Of a stretch of DNA of 64,000 nucleotides, positions 19,673-28,471 are shown in pieces. The first letter of the stretch is position 1. Each line of letters opens with the position of its first letter. The position numbers and the translations under genes were made by a program. The stretch lies in IMG/VR virus record IMGVR_UViG_3300049135_000064. One strand, 5' to 3'. Source of the DNA: an uncultured virus (IMG/VR IMGVR_UViG_3300049135_000064) (Duplodnaviria; Heunggongvirae; Uroviricota; Caudoviricetes). Below the pieces are notes generated by a model. That model was not told where the DNA came from, searched no databases, and saw nothing but the letters and a program-made list of their open reading frames with translations.

Positions 19673-19911
19673 TGGTCGAAGTTCTCCTCGGGTGACTGCG
19701 AGCCGCCGTCACGTGGGGTCCAGTAGCAGATGGAATAGATGGTGTGCTCGGAGACCGAGAACATCTCGGCCAGATCAGAGACTTTGTCGCCTTGCCGGAA
19801 GCGGTCACAAATATCTAACATCGCGCCGTCCGAGAGTTTCCTCGGTCGGCCCGTCATGCTCGACATGTTGAGCTGGGGTTCGCTTCGCATAATGGTGCGG
19901 GTCCTATTCAT
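19669..19911 (-). CDS. Stand-alone Hin/resolvase-type HTH protein
   Basis: GRPRKLS...G..VSDLAEMFSVSEHTIY. Confidence 0.7.
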   Translation of the reverse strand: MNRTRTIMRSEPQLNMSSMTGRPRKLSDGAMLDICDRFRQGDKVSDLAEMFSVSEHTIYSICYWTPRDGGSQSPEENFDQ

Positions 19912-19964
19912 AGGGTGGGGTCCTCAAAAATAGTGTGGAGTATTGCCTTTGGGGTGATGCAATG

Positions 19965-20213
19965 TTAGAGCCCGTTCCTCCGTTTCTCCTGCTCAATGGG
20001 GGCGATCAGGTACTTGGGGATCACGTGAGGATCGTGCTCGGCCGGGCCGATAAGGCACAGGCCCTGCCTCAATAAGCTCCGCTTGAACGAGTCGATGACG
20101 GCACCGCTCATGACCACCGCAATGGTGTCCGGCGTGGGCTGCTCTGCTCTTTTCAAGGGTGACTCTCCGTGTCCGAAGACGGTGACGCGTGGTTGCTCAT
20201 TCATGGTAGCCAC
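19965..20213 (-). CDS. Hypothetical protein, paralogue of 21126-21329
   Basis: AAGGAG RBS; shared VVM...F...L...GL.L.GP...P.Y.I.P pattern. Confidence 0.6.
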   Translation of the reverse strand: MATMNEQPRVTVFGHGESPLKRAEQPTPDTIAVVMSGAVIDSFKRSLLRQGLCLIGPAEHDPHVIPKYLIAPIEQEKRRNGL

Positions 20214-20406
20214 AACTGGTGCTCCTTATAGGTAGGTTACTTCCTTGAGTCCCGCGTCATCTCGGTGTGGTAGCCAATCGGGCGGGGTCTTATCGGGGTG
20301 TCGTTTTGGACGTACATACATCCATCGGGTAGTTTCTTTGAGGCGGAAGGAACGACCAAGCGGTTTCCCCCAACACGCGCGGTCGTTCCTTCCGTTTCTT
20401 TATGCC

Positions 20407-21018
20407 CTAGTAGGTGAACTCGAAGCCGCCGTCCCAGGTCGGCTCGAAGACCAGGGTTCCCTCCTCGGCCGGCAGGTCCAGCACGATCTTGCCCGTAACC
20501 TTCTCGCCCGGCCCGATGGTCGACGGCACCAGCTCCGACTCCGGCAGGCAGGAGTAGGTGGACATCGCGCCCAGGTCCCCGTTGTAGCGCGTGCCCTCCT
20601 CGGAGAAGTACGTGAACGAGTAGCTGGAGAAGTTGGCCATGCCCTCCTCCAGGTCCTTCGTCGTCACGGCGGAGAGGTCCACCGCATACATGTGCCCGTT
20701 CTCGACGCCGTCCCAATACTGCTCGGTGCACTCGACCGGCTTGATGGACTTGACCGTGAACTGCAGGACCTCGTTGCCGGTGGTGGAGTCGGAGACCACG
20801 CCGGTCTCGCCGGTCTTCATGATCAGGTTGCCGCGGTCGCTGGTCTTCTCGTCCTCGGTGGGCTCCGGCTCCGGCGTCTCGACCGGCGCGACAGCCTCGG
20901 GCGTGGAGTCCACGGGCACGACTTCCTCCGGTGAGTCGGTGGTCCCGGCGGACTGGCCGCACGCAGCCAGCGACAGGACGGCGAGGGACAGGGCAGCGGT
21001 GGTGATGATCTTCTTCAT
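20407..21018 (-). CDS. Lipoprotein (DUF4352-like Ig fold)
   Basis: MKKIITTAALSLAVLSLAAC lipobox; IGPGEKVTGKIVLDLP. Confidence 0.75.
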   Translation of the reverse strand: MKKIITTAALSLAVLSLAACGQSAGTTDSPEEVVPVDSTPEAVAPVETPEPEPTEDEKTSDRGNLIMKTGETGVVSDSTTGNEVLQFTVKSIKPVECTEQYWDGVENGHMYAVDLSAVTTKDLEEGMANFSSYSFTYFSEEGTRYNGDLGAMSTYSCLPESELVPSTIGPGEKVTGKIVLDLPAEEGTLVFEPTWDGGFEFTY

Positions 21019-21125
21019 GGTGTGAGTGTTCTTTCTGTGTGGTGAATGAGTGCACGGCGGACGTATGTACATCCGCCGTGCGGTTGGTGTGGGTAGCCGA
21101 TCGTTCGATTCCCCCGGGTAAAACT

Positions 21126-21329
21126 CTAGCCAGCTTGCGGCTTGAACCTGTCCCACGTTTCCTGCGTGGGCGAGATGACGTAGGCGGGCGGTGCCTCCGG
21201 ATCGTCGGACGGGATGGGCCCGGCCAGCATCAGTCCCCGTGAGTCGAGGTAGTCCTCGAACGTCGCCAGGAACGGCTGCATCATGACGACGTCGATCATG
21301 TCGTGCTCGATGCGGTTAGGTCGCGGCAT
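21126..21329 (-). CDS. Hypothetical protein
   Basis: GGAGG RBS; paralogue of 19965-20213. Confidence 0.6.
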   Translation of the reverse strand: MPRPNRIEHDMIDVVMMQPFLATFEDYLDSRGLMLAGPIPSDDPEAPPAYVISPTQETWDRFKPQAG

Positions 21330-21522
21330 TGTCCGCCTCCTTCTGCACCAGCCGGTGCCTGTCGTATTCGATCAGCGCCTCGTTCAGCTCGTCGTACTCC
21401 TGCTGGTACGCCGCCTCCTCCGACGGGTCGCAGTCGGGGATGACGTAGTCGCCGAGTTCGTCCAGCCATTTCTGCGCGGCCGTGCGGATGACGTACTGCA
21501 GGCTGTCCGGATCCACGGTCAC
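21316..21522 (-). CDS. Hypothetical protein
   Basis: GTGA overlap; acidic 68 aa. Confidence 0.55.
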   Translation of the reverse strand: MTVDPDSLQYVIRTAAQKWLDELGDYVIPDCDPSEEAAYQQEYDELNEALIEYDRHRLVQKEADNAAT

Positions 21523-21683
21523 GCCTGCTTCCGCTTGGTGACGTCGCCGCAGTCCTGGCAGAACTCGTCCCCCGTCTCGCTGTCGGTGGAGCGCAGCTCC
21601 CGGGGGTGCGGGCACTTCAGGCTGTCCAGCGTCCGGCGCACCCGCCGGTTGCGCTCGGCCTCGTCGCGTTCGTGCCTGTTCAT
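21519..21683 (-). CDS. Small Zn-binding protein
   Basis: CPH...CQDC; ATGA overlap. Confidence 0.55.
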   Translation of the reverse strand: MNRHERDEAERNRRVRRTLDSLKCPHPRELRSTDSETGDEFCQDCGDVTKRKQA

Positions 21684-21946
21684 AACTTCTCCTCCTTGTC
21701 GTGGCGGTCGGCGCAGTCTCCGCAGCGCCCGTCTGCTCCCTCGCCGTCGTCGAGGGTGTGGTCGTGGCAGTCGATGCACAGGTTCTCGTACACCCAGTCA
21801 CGGTACGCATCTCCCAGCGATGCGAGCAGGTCCGTCCGTTCGCCGAGCACGGGTGTGTCCGCGCCCCACTGGATGTAGCTGCCCTCCTCCGTGAGCAGGA
21901 ACTCGCTGGACCTGCCGTTGATTTCGATCTTGCCTTCGAGTTTCAC
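21680..21946 (-). CDS. Hypothetical protein (C-terminal CxxC...CxxC)
   Basis: GTGA overlap. Confidence 0.55.
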   Translation of the reverse strand: MKLEGKIEINGRSSEFLLTEEGSYIQWGADTPVLGERTDLLASLGDAYRDWVYENLCIDCHDHTLDDGEGADGRCGDCADRHDKEEKL

Positions 21947-22383
21947 TGCCGCTTCCCCCAGTTCTCCTCGGCGGCGTAGTCGTGCATGTAGGCGATGACC
22001 GCGGTCGCCTCCTTCGCGGCGACCGCCTCCTTGATGACGGTGTTCCAGCGCCCGTCGTTGACCATCGTCTCGACCTCCGCCTCCACATCGGACACCTCGT
22101 AGAGGGTCGGGATTTCCTCCCGCAGCAGCTGCGCCATGGGTGCGGACCCCCAGTCGGGATCGCACCGCTCCGCCAGCTGGTCCAGCGCGATGCCGAACCG
22201 CCGGTGGACCTCGCGCAGCTCCTCCAGCGTGCCGGTCACGATCGCCCCGTCGGTGTTGCCCGCGGCGATCAGGTCGATGGCCGCTTCCTGGTCGACTGCC
22301 TGGTTGTCGACAGCGTCCTGCCCGTGCAGCAGGTACTGCGGGTAGGTGTGCCCCGCGTCGATCCACTCCAGTGTCATACCCAT
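21943..22383 (-). CDS. Hypothetical protein
   Basis: GAAGGAG RBS directly after a palindrome copy. Confidence 0.65.
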   Translation of the reverse strand: MGMTLEWIDAGHTYPQYLLHGQDAVDNQAVDQEAAIDLIAAGNTDGAIVTGTLEELREVHRRFGIALDQLAERCDPDWGSAPMAQLLREEIPTLYEVSDVEAEVETMVNDGRWNTVIKEAVAAKEATAVIAYMHDYAAEENWGKRQ

Positions 22384-22679
22384 GATGTGTCTCCTTCCGG
22401 ATGTACATACGTCCGGCCTTCGGCGTATGCGATCAGGCCCTCGTGGCCGTGCTCGTTGCTGATGCTGATGGCGATCTGCAGGTCGGGGAATCCCATCGCC
22501 AGCCGCATGTAGTTCATGTCGTCGGCGTGGTCCCACGCCGAGAGCAGCCGGGCCGTGAACGTGCCCGGTTCCCAGCCGACATCGCGCCGGCCGAAGTGCC
22601 AGAGCAGGTGGCGGCAGTGCTCCTGTACCTGCGGGTCGAACACTTGGTCCGGTTCGTTCGTGGCCATCAGCCTCTCCAT
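22374..22679 (-). CDS. Hypothetical protein
   Basis: PGTFTARLLSAWDHADDMNYMRLAMGFP; fits the operon. Confidence 0.65.
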   Translation of the reverse strand: MERLMATNEPDQVFDPQVQEHCRHLLWHFGRRDVGWEPGTFTARLLSAWDHADDMNYMRLAMGFPDLQIAISISNEHGHEGLIAYAEGRTYVHPEGDTSWV

Positions 22680-22969
22680 CCTGCATCGAGGCGGGCCTTG
22701 TTCACTGCCCGCAGTGCCTTGAAGTACGCGCGGCCCAGCTCCACCACTTCCGGCAGGTCGCCGAAGTCGTTGGCCTTCTCCTCCGGCGTGGCACTGGACT
22801 CCAGCTCGCTGAAATAGTCCGGCCCGCTGTCGATCCGGAACTCGTTCATGAACTCCAGCACGTCCGTCTCCGCTACCTCCCGCAGATCGTCGAGGTAGTA
22901 GCCGACGTGTTCGATGGCGACCTGGATTTCGGGGATGGCGTCCAGCCGCTGTACCAGTTCGTCGCTCAT
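22667..22969 (-). CDS. Hypothetical protein
   Basis: ATGA overlap; GAGGAG RBS. Confidence 0.6.
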   Translation of the reverse strand: MSDELVQRLDAIPEIQVAIEHVGYYLDDLREVAETDVLEFMNEFRIDSGPDYFSELESSATPEEKANDFGDLPEVVELGRAYFKALRAVNKARLDAGWRG

Positions 22970-23502
22970 GACCGCTCCTCGATGCTGTCCGCGATGACGG
23001 CGATGGCCTCGGGGATGGAGCTGTTCGGGATCGCCTCGTCCAGCTGTGCCACTTGCTCGTCGGTCAGTGACATCCCTGCCCACGCCTCCAGCTGGTCACG
23101 GGTGAGCGTGACGCCAGGGCGCTCGTCCTCGTCCGGCACGGCGGAGAGGATTTCCGCCAGCGGATTCCGGTACACCGGTGGCGGCGGGTTCAGGATCTTC
23201 TCCGCGTCCTCGCCCCGCTTGGTGAGGAACGTCTTGACCGGGCGCAGCAGTGTCTTGAGTTCGGCGTCGGTCAGGTCGGTGACCTCGCGGCCCCGCCGGT
23301 TCTCGATGTCCGCCTCGTGCAGCCGCTCCATCAGGCGGTTCGCTGCCCGTGCCGGCGGATTCCAATAAGGCCATCCATCGCTGTTGCTGTTGACCCATGC
23401 CACCAGCCGCTCCAGCTGCACCGCGCCCTTGTACAGGTTCGGTGTCTGCTCCTCGTCGAACCGCGCCAGCGCCTCCTCGACTTCGTACTCATTCATCCAC
23501 AT
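22966..23502 (-). CDS. Hypothetical protein
   Basis: MWMNEYEV...WVNSNSDGWPYW; GGAGGAG RBS. Confidence 0.65.
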   Translation of the reverse strand: MWMNEYEVEEALARFDEEQTPNLYKGAVQLERLVAWVNSNSDGWPYWNPPARAANRLMERLHEADIENRRGREVTDLTDAELKTLLRPVKTFLTKRGEDAEKILNPPPPVYRNPLAEILSAVPDEDERPGVTLTRDQLEAWAGMSLTDEQVAQLDEAIPNSSIPEAIAVIADSIEERS

Positions 23503-23773
23503 CGTCGTTCTCCTCCTCGTTGTCGGCGTCGGCCAGTGCCCGGCGCTTGTATCCTTCTTCCACGCATGCCTTGCAGATGTCGTACCAGAACGACTCGCCG
23601 AACAGCCTGATGCTGCCGCCCGCGTAGGTGCTGAACTTCTTCTTGCGGCAGTCGGAGCAGTACAGCACGTGGCCCAGCTTGAAGTAGCTGCGTCCGGTCT
23701 GCATGTCGACGACGATGTCGCCGACCCGCCGGTACCGTTCGGTGTCGGTGGTGTCTTCGGTGGTGGTAGCCAT
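23489..23773 (-). CDS. Zn-ribbon protein, paralogue of 7027-7314
   Basis: CSDC and CKAC motifs. Confidence 0.65.
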   Translation of the reverse strand: MATTTEDTTDTERYRRVGDIVVDMQTGRSYFKLGHVLYCSDCRKKKFSTYAGGSIRLFGESFWYDICKACVEEGYKRRALADADNEEENDDVDE

Positions 23774-23840
23774 GGTGCGGTTCCTTTCATGGGTGGCGGG
23801 CCGGACGTATGTACATCCGGCCCGCCGTGGTGTGTTGTGG

Positions 23841-24848
23841 TCAGACGGCGCAGAGGTCGAACGCCTGCTCCTTGATGCGGGCTACCAGCGGGCTGGTCAG
23901 CGTGCGCAGTGCGCGGCGGTCCTTCAGGTCCTCGCCCTCCACTCCGCGGATGGTGGAGAAGTGGTCGACGTACTCGGTGACCGCTTGGTATCCGGCCCAG
24001 CGCGTGCCCTTCACGTTCTGCATGGTGTCGGATTCGAGGAACAGCCGGTTCAGTTCGACCTCGCGGATGGCGGTGGTCTCCTGCTGTGCCTTGGACGGCT
24101 TGTCCAGCGGCTCCCAGATGGACTCGATGATGTCCATGAACTCGTCCTCGGCCATGGTCTCCTGAATCATGCGCTCCGCTGCCTGCTGGAACTCGTCGAT
24201 GTACTTGAACGTGAGCCCGAGTGCCTCGCGTGCCTGCTGCAGCTCGTTCGTGCTGCCGGAGGTGTGGCGGATGGCGAACTGGGACGTCGCGTCGTGCAGT
24301 GCGGCTGCCTGGGTGTTGGCGCACACGATCCGGGTCTGGGTGACCAGGAAACGGAAGCTGGAGTTGCCGTTGTGGCTGTTCAGTGCCGCAAGGTTCGTGG
24401 TGAGCGGATCCACGCCGCCGATCATGATGGTGTCGGGCATCTTCATGGTGATGAACACCTCCGACCCGCCGCGCAGTGAGCCGGCGGTCTCGAAGTGGGC
24501 CCCGGACTCGTCGACCAGCGCGTTGAGCAGGTCGATGTGGTCCTCGTTCTGGATGGGGTGGTACTTCTCGCCGACGTCGCCCAGATAATTGGGCATCCCG
24601 TCCACGGGGTTGTCGCGGATGGTGGCGTACCTGCCATCGGCGGGCAGCTGGATCGTGCTGCCGTCCGCAAGCTCGACCGGCGCGAACAGCGGGATCTTGC
24701 GGACATTCCAGTTGGCCAGCCGGGCTTTCTCCATCGCCTCGGCGGCATCGAACGTGTGGTCCAGCACGTGGCCTAACCTGTGCCACGCATCTTCGCGGGC
24801 CGAGACAAACGAGGCAACGCCTTCAATGATTTCGAGTTCGTGGGACAT
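23841..24848 (-). CDS. DUF932-family phage/plasmid protein
   Basis: AWHRLG...YHPIQNED...FETAGSLRGG...NSHNG...RIVCANT...IRHT...GTRWAGYQAVTEYVDH. Confidence 0.88.
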   Translation of the reverse strand: MSHELEIIEGVASFVSAREDAWHRLGHVLDHTFDAAEAMEKARLANWNVRKIPLFAPVELADGSTIQLPADGRYATIRDNPVDGMPNYLGDVGEKYHPIQNEDHIDLLNALVDESGAHFETAGSLRGGSEVFITMKMPDTIMIGGVDPLTTNLAALNSHNGNSSFRFLVTQTRIVCANTQAAALHDATSQFAIRHTSGSTNELQQAREALGLTFKYIDEFQQAAERMIQETMAEDEFMDIIESIWEPLDKPSKAQQETTAIREVELNRLFLESDTMQNVKGTRWAGYQAVTEYVDHFSTIRGVEGEDLKDRRALRTLTSPLVARIKEQAFDLCAV

Positions 24849-24912
24849 GGTGTTTCTCCTTGGTGAACGGGATGTATGTACATCCGGTGAAATTGTCCAG
24901 ACAGTTGCTGGA

Positions 24913-25146
24913 CTATTGCGCAGCGGGTTGCTGCGCGGGGTGTGTGGTAGCCATCAGCCGCAGTTCACGGGTGATGATGGCGGCGTCGGTGTACGAGAGT
25001 CCGTGGACCCACATGTGCCAGCGCAGGGTGGTCGGGCACTTCCGGCACGTGACGGTGAGTGCGTCCGTGGTCACGGCCGCCTTCCTGCCTCCGGTTCCGC
25101 AGGCGGTGGGCCCGTCGGCACCCTCACGGTAGTGGACGGTTTTCAT
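24913..25146 (-). CDS. Small Zn-binding protein
   Basis: VHY...TACG...VTCRKC. Confidence 0.55.
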   Translation of the reverse strand: MKTVHYREGADGPTACGTGGRKAAVTTDALTVTCRKCPTTLRWHMWVHGLSYTDAAIITRELRLMATTHPAQQPAAQ

Positions 25147-25456
25147 CCTCCTCCTCCAGCTCCGTGCAGTAGTGTTCGCTGGCGTTCTCGTCCGCGAGCA
25201 GGTAGTCGAGCCCGGACTGCAGGGCGAAGTGGCGCAGGTCGCAGAGCAGATCCTGCAGTGCCAGCTGCACCTCGTCCTTGTCGTCCGGGTCCTCCGTCGA
25301 TTCGGGGAACTCGTCGACCGGGTGCGTGGCCTTGTAGTGCGTGGCCAGTGCCAGCGATGCCCAGTCCGCACGCCGGACGTTGTCCGGGTCGGTGAGCACG
25401 TCGTCGACCCAGCTCGGGGTCCGCTTCTGCCCGTCGCCGGGGATGTGGTGTGCCAT
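25124..25456 (-). CDS. Hypothetical protein
   Basis: DLLCDLRHFA...HY; GAAGGAG RBS. Confidence 0.65.
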   Translation of the reverse strand: MAHHIPGDGQKRTPSWVDDVLTDPDNVRRADWASLALATHYKATHPVDEFPESTEDPDDKDEVQLALQDLLCDLRHFALQSGLDYLLADENASEHYCTELEEEDENRPLP

Positions 25457-25486
25457 GGTTGTCTCCTTCTAGTTGGTGGCCGTAGC

Positions 25487-26494
25487 TTATGCCAGCGGCC
25501 CGTTGATCAGTCGTGCGGGCAGGATGCCCTGCCCCAGCATGGTCTTGAACAGTCCGGCCAGCGCGTAGTCCGGCTTGGTGCGCAGTGCCGCGTCGAGGTA
25601 CAGGTCGGCCTTCGATGACTCGCCCTGCCACCACTTGACCCAGCCCAGGACCGTGAGCAGGGGTGCCCGGTTCTCCGGCGTGGCGGCGTAGCGCAGCAGG
25701 TAGCGCAGCAGTCTTTCGGCCTGCTCGAACCGCTCCATCCGTGCGCCCAGATGCTTGCCGAGCAGCGCGTCCGCCATCTCCTCCCCGTCGTGGGAGTACG
25801 GTCCGGTGACGATGTCGGCGAGGTGCCGGTCGCGGACATGCCAGTTCGTGAAGTCCGCGACCATCTCGCATGCCTCCGCCTCCACCGGTCCGCCGTCGGA
25901 CATGAGCAGCGCCTCGAACTTCTCCCGCATGGGCGCCATCAGCTCCAGATCGTTGCGGTCGAGGATGTCGGCAAGGTACTCGTCGTCGTAGTCCTGCATG
26001 ATCTGCGCGGTGTGCTCGTCGGCGAGGTCGGGGTCGGGTATCTCCAGCTGCAGTCCCCTCCGTGGGAGCGGGAAGCCGTGGCTGATCATGGTGGCGGTGA
26101 CCGCGCACTCGTTGAGCACGTCGAGGTCGAACGACTCTCCGGCCGGGAAGACTTCGGTGAAGTGGGTGTCGTCCACGGTGATGGCTATCCCGACGGGCTG
26201 GTCTGCCTTGGCCAGCTCACGCCGTGCCGCGTTCAGTGCCGGTGCCACTATCTCCGGCGGCGCGTTGTACAGGATGACGATGGTGCTGTCCGCCTCGTGG
26301 GTGAGGTAACGCTCGGCCAGTCCGGCGAAGTACCCGTGCCAGTCGGGGTCCTTGGTCCAGTTCATCCGGAGGGTGGCGCCCATCTTCCGGTCCTTGAGCT
26401 GCGCGATGACGATGGCGTTCTCGGGGATGTGGCCGAGTGAGAAGTGGATGTGGGCCAGCATGTCGGCGGTGCGGGTTGCCTTGACGGTGCTCAT
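25487..26494 (-). CDS. DUF4192-family protein
   Basis: ADMLAHIHFSLGHIPENAIV...VRDR...LGWVKWWQG...PDYALAGL. Confidence 0.8.
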   Translation of the reverse strand: MSTVKATRTADMLAHIHFSLGHIPENAIVIAQLKDRKMGATLRMNWTKDPDWHGYFAGLAERYLTHEADSTIVILYNAPPEIVAPALNAARRELAKADQPVGIAITVDDTHFTEVFPAGESFDLDVLNECAVTATMISHGFPLPRRGLQLEIPDPDLADEHTAQIMQDYDDEYLADILDRNDLELMAPMREKFEALLMSDGGPVEAEACEMVADFTNWHVRDRHLADIVTGPYSHDGEEMADALLGKHLGARMERFEQAERLLRYLLRYAATPENRAPLLTVLGWVKWWQGESSKADLYLDAALRTKPDYALAGLFKTMLGQGILPARLINGPLA

Positions 26495-26532
26495 TTCGGT
26501 GCTGCCTTTCGTTGGATGTATGTACGTCTGGT

Positions 26533-26808
26533 CTAGTCGGTGATGGTGAACAGTTCGCCGAGCGGGTACCACGAGGCATCGAACCGCGACTCCGGGTACA
26601 TCCCGGCGTAGTCCGTGCCGAAGTAGCGTTGCGCCAGCGCATGGGCGGCGTTCCCGTCCGTGGCCCTGGCACGTACCCATCCCCGGGCATCGGGACGGAT
26701 CCCGTTCACGGTGGTGGGGTAGGGCCGGGACTTGTAGCGGATGCCGAAGGTGATGATGAAATCCTGCAGGGCCGTGGCCGTATCCGGCGTGGCCTGTTCG
26801 GTGGTCAT
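26533..26808 (-). CDS. Hypothetical protein
   Basis: ITFG...GWVRV-like motif; AGGAG RBS. Confidence 0.65.
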   Translation of the reverse strand: MTTEQATPDTATALQDFIITFGIRYKSRPYPTTVNGIRPDARGWVRARATDGNAAHALAQRYFGTDYAGMYPESRFDASWYPLGELFTITD

Positions 26809-26884
26809 GGTGGTAGCTCCTAGTCTGGTGGTAGGGCACCCGTCCGCGGGGAAGTTGGTCGTCACGGACGGGTGCCCGGTCATG

Positions 26885-27073
26885 TCAGTCAGTGGTGAGG
26901 ATGAGCCGCTGGCCCTTGCCGGTGCCCAGTCCCACCCCGTATGCAGCGAAGTGGCCGTCGCACATGTAGGCCCATGTCCCCAGTCTGGTGACCCCGTCGT
27001 AGGCGGCGGGGTGTCCGCCCCGGGTACAGAAGCTGCATCCGGGCAGTGCCTTGACGGTGACGGTGTCGCTCAT
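26885..27073 (-). CDS. Small Zn-binding protein
   Basis: CSFC...YDG.T..G.WAYMC..HF...GVGLG.GKGQ. Confidence 0.65.
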   Translation of the reverse strand: MSDTVTVKALPGCSFCTRGGHPAAYDGVTRLGTWAYMCDGHFAAYGVGLGTGKGQRLILTTD

Positions 27074-27519
27074 TCGGAGCACCCGCAATCCTTGTTCCCG
27101 TGGATGGTGCAGTCCCATCCGGCTTCGTCCTCCAGCGGTTCGGTGGCCGGCGGTTCGGTGACGGCCAGCTCCGCCATGTCGGCGTCGATCTGGTCCTGCT
27201 CCTGCTCCGCTGCAAGGCATGGCCCGTCGATGTCCTCGCGGTAGTGCGGTGAGTCCGCGGTGAACGGGACGAACTCGCACCAGTCCAGCTGCGCCTGTCC
27301 GATGCACCCGGATTCGTCCGGTGACGCCGCGCATTGTTCGATGGCCTCGTCGAACGTGGCCGGGATGGCCAGCTCGGCCAGCGCATCCTCGGTGGGTGCG
27401 GATGTATGTACGTCCGCCTCGGTGGTGATGTCGTAGCTGGCGGCTGTCAGTGCGGGCAGTGCGGGTATGCCGCATGCGGTGACGACGCAGGCGGCGAAGC
27501 CGATGGTCTTGAATTTCAT
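27070..27519 (-). CDS. Secreted Cys-containing protein
   Basis: Signal peptide; C-terminal WDCTIHGNKDCG; in-frame palindrome (ADVHTS). Confidence 0.65.
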   Translation of the reverse strand: MKFKTIGFAACVVTACGIPALPALTAASYDITTEADVHTSAPTEDALAELAIPATFDEAIEQCAASPDESGCIGQAQLDWCEFVPFTADSPHYREDIDGPCLAAEQEQDQIDADMAELAVTEPPATEPLEDEAGWDCTIHGNKDCGCSE

Positions 27520-27592
27520 GGTGTGGTAGCTCCTTGTGCTGGATGTATGTACGTCTATGGTCGATGATTGCGTGGCTATTCCGTACGCGGGG

Positions 27593-27868
27593 TTACTTGG
27601 TGACGCTAACCTCCTCCGGCCATGCCACTTCGGCCGCCTTCTCGCAGTCGCTGCGCATGGTGTCGTCGGTGGACAGATCGCGGCACTGGACCAGCGCCTC
27701 CTCGTACGTGTTCACGGGGGGCCATAGCGTGTCGGATGTATGTACGTCCGGGTTTACGGTGACGGTGTCCGTGGTGACGGGCAGCAGTCCGGCGGCAAGC
27801 CAGACGAATCCGGCGGCGGTGGCCGTGGCGGCGGTGAGGGCGGCGGCGGGTAGGGCGAAGCGAGGCAT
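27593..27868 (-). CDS. Membrane-anchored or secreted protein
   Basis: Hydrophobic N-terminus; in-frame palindrome (PDVHTS). Confidence 0.6.
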   Translation of the reverse strand: MPRFALPAAALTAATATAAGFVWLAAGLLPVTTDTVTVNPDVHTSDTLWPPVNTYEEALVQCRDLSTDDTMRSDCEKAAEVAWPEEVSVTK

Positions 27869-27927
27869 GGCGGTGTCCTGTCAGTGGTGTGTGGTAGCCG
27901 GTGGCGTGGGGGTGGTGCGGAGATTCA

Positions 27928-27956
27928 AGACTATCCTATAGGCAAGGAGAAGTCAA
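27928..27956 (-). promoter_or_regulatory. SigA-type promoter
   Basis: Minus strand TTGACT-17 bp-TAGTCT. Confidence 0.65.
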
Positions 27957-27997
27957 GGCTTAGGCAAGGCGTGGGCAAGGGTCCGTGGGCCGTGGGC

Positions 27998-28126
27998 CTA
28001 CACGGCCGGCGAATCGTAATACTCAAACTCCTGAGTGCAGACCATGCCCTTGAACTGCTCCGCAAAGGACATGGCCTTCGACTGGTAGGCGGACTCGGTT
28101 TCAGTGGTGCGGGTGTCGTACGGCAT
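27998..28126 (-). CDS. Small hypothetical protein
   Basis: GAAGGAG RBS fused to a palindrome copy; 42 aa. Confidence 0.5.
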   Translation of the reverse strand: MPYDTRTTETESAYQSKAMSFAEQFKGMVCTQEFEYYDSPAV

Positions 28127-28471
28127 GGCCGTGCTCCTTCGGATGTATGTACGTCTAGGCCGTGGGCCGTGACCGGCCGGGCCCAAGCTGGACCAGCGCC
28201 CCACGCCAATCACGGGGGTGGTGGTAGTGAGAGTACGGAGGGTTCAGTGACGGACCGTTCCGTGGCCCTAGGCCGTGACCGTTCAATGACGGACGGGCAT
28301 AGGCGGATATACGGATGTACGCATAGGGACGGGGGCGCATCCAGGCACCGGCGGGCATGCCTGGGCGGGGGCTGACGACACGGATGTATGTACGTCCGGA
28401 CCTGCCGACAGCACGGAGGAACAACGATAGGCCGGAGGTCCGAAGACCCCCGGCCTACTAGCCGATCTTGC

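Larger units (their letters stand above)
7537..27898 (-). repeat. Dispersed strand-biased motif GCTACCAC(AC), at least 13 copies
   Basis: Plus-strand (GT)GTGGTAGC at about 7537, 11253, 12930, 14554, 16432, 17324, 18348, 20265, 23763, 24942, 26810, 27521, 27889. Confidence 0.8.
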
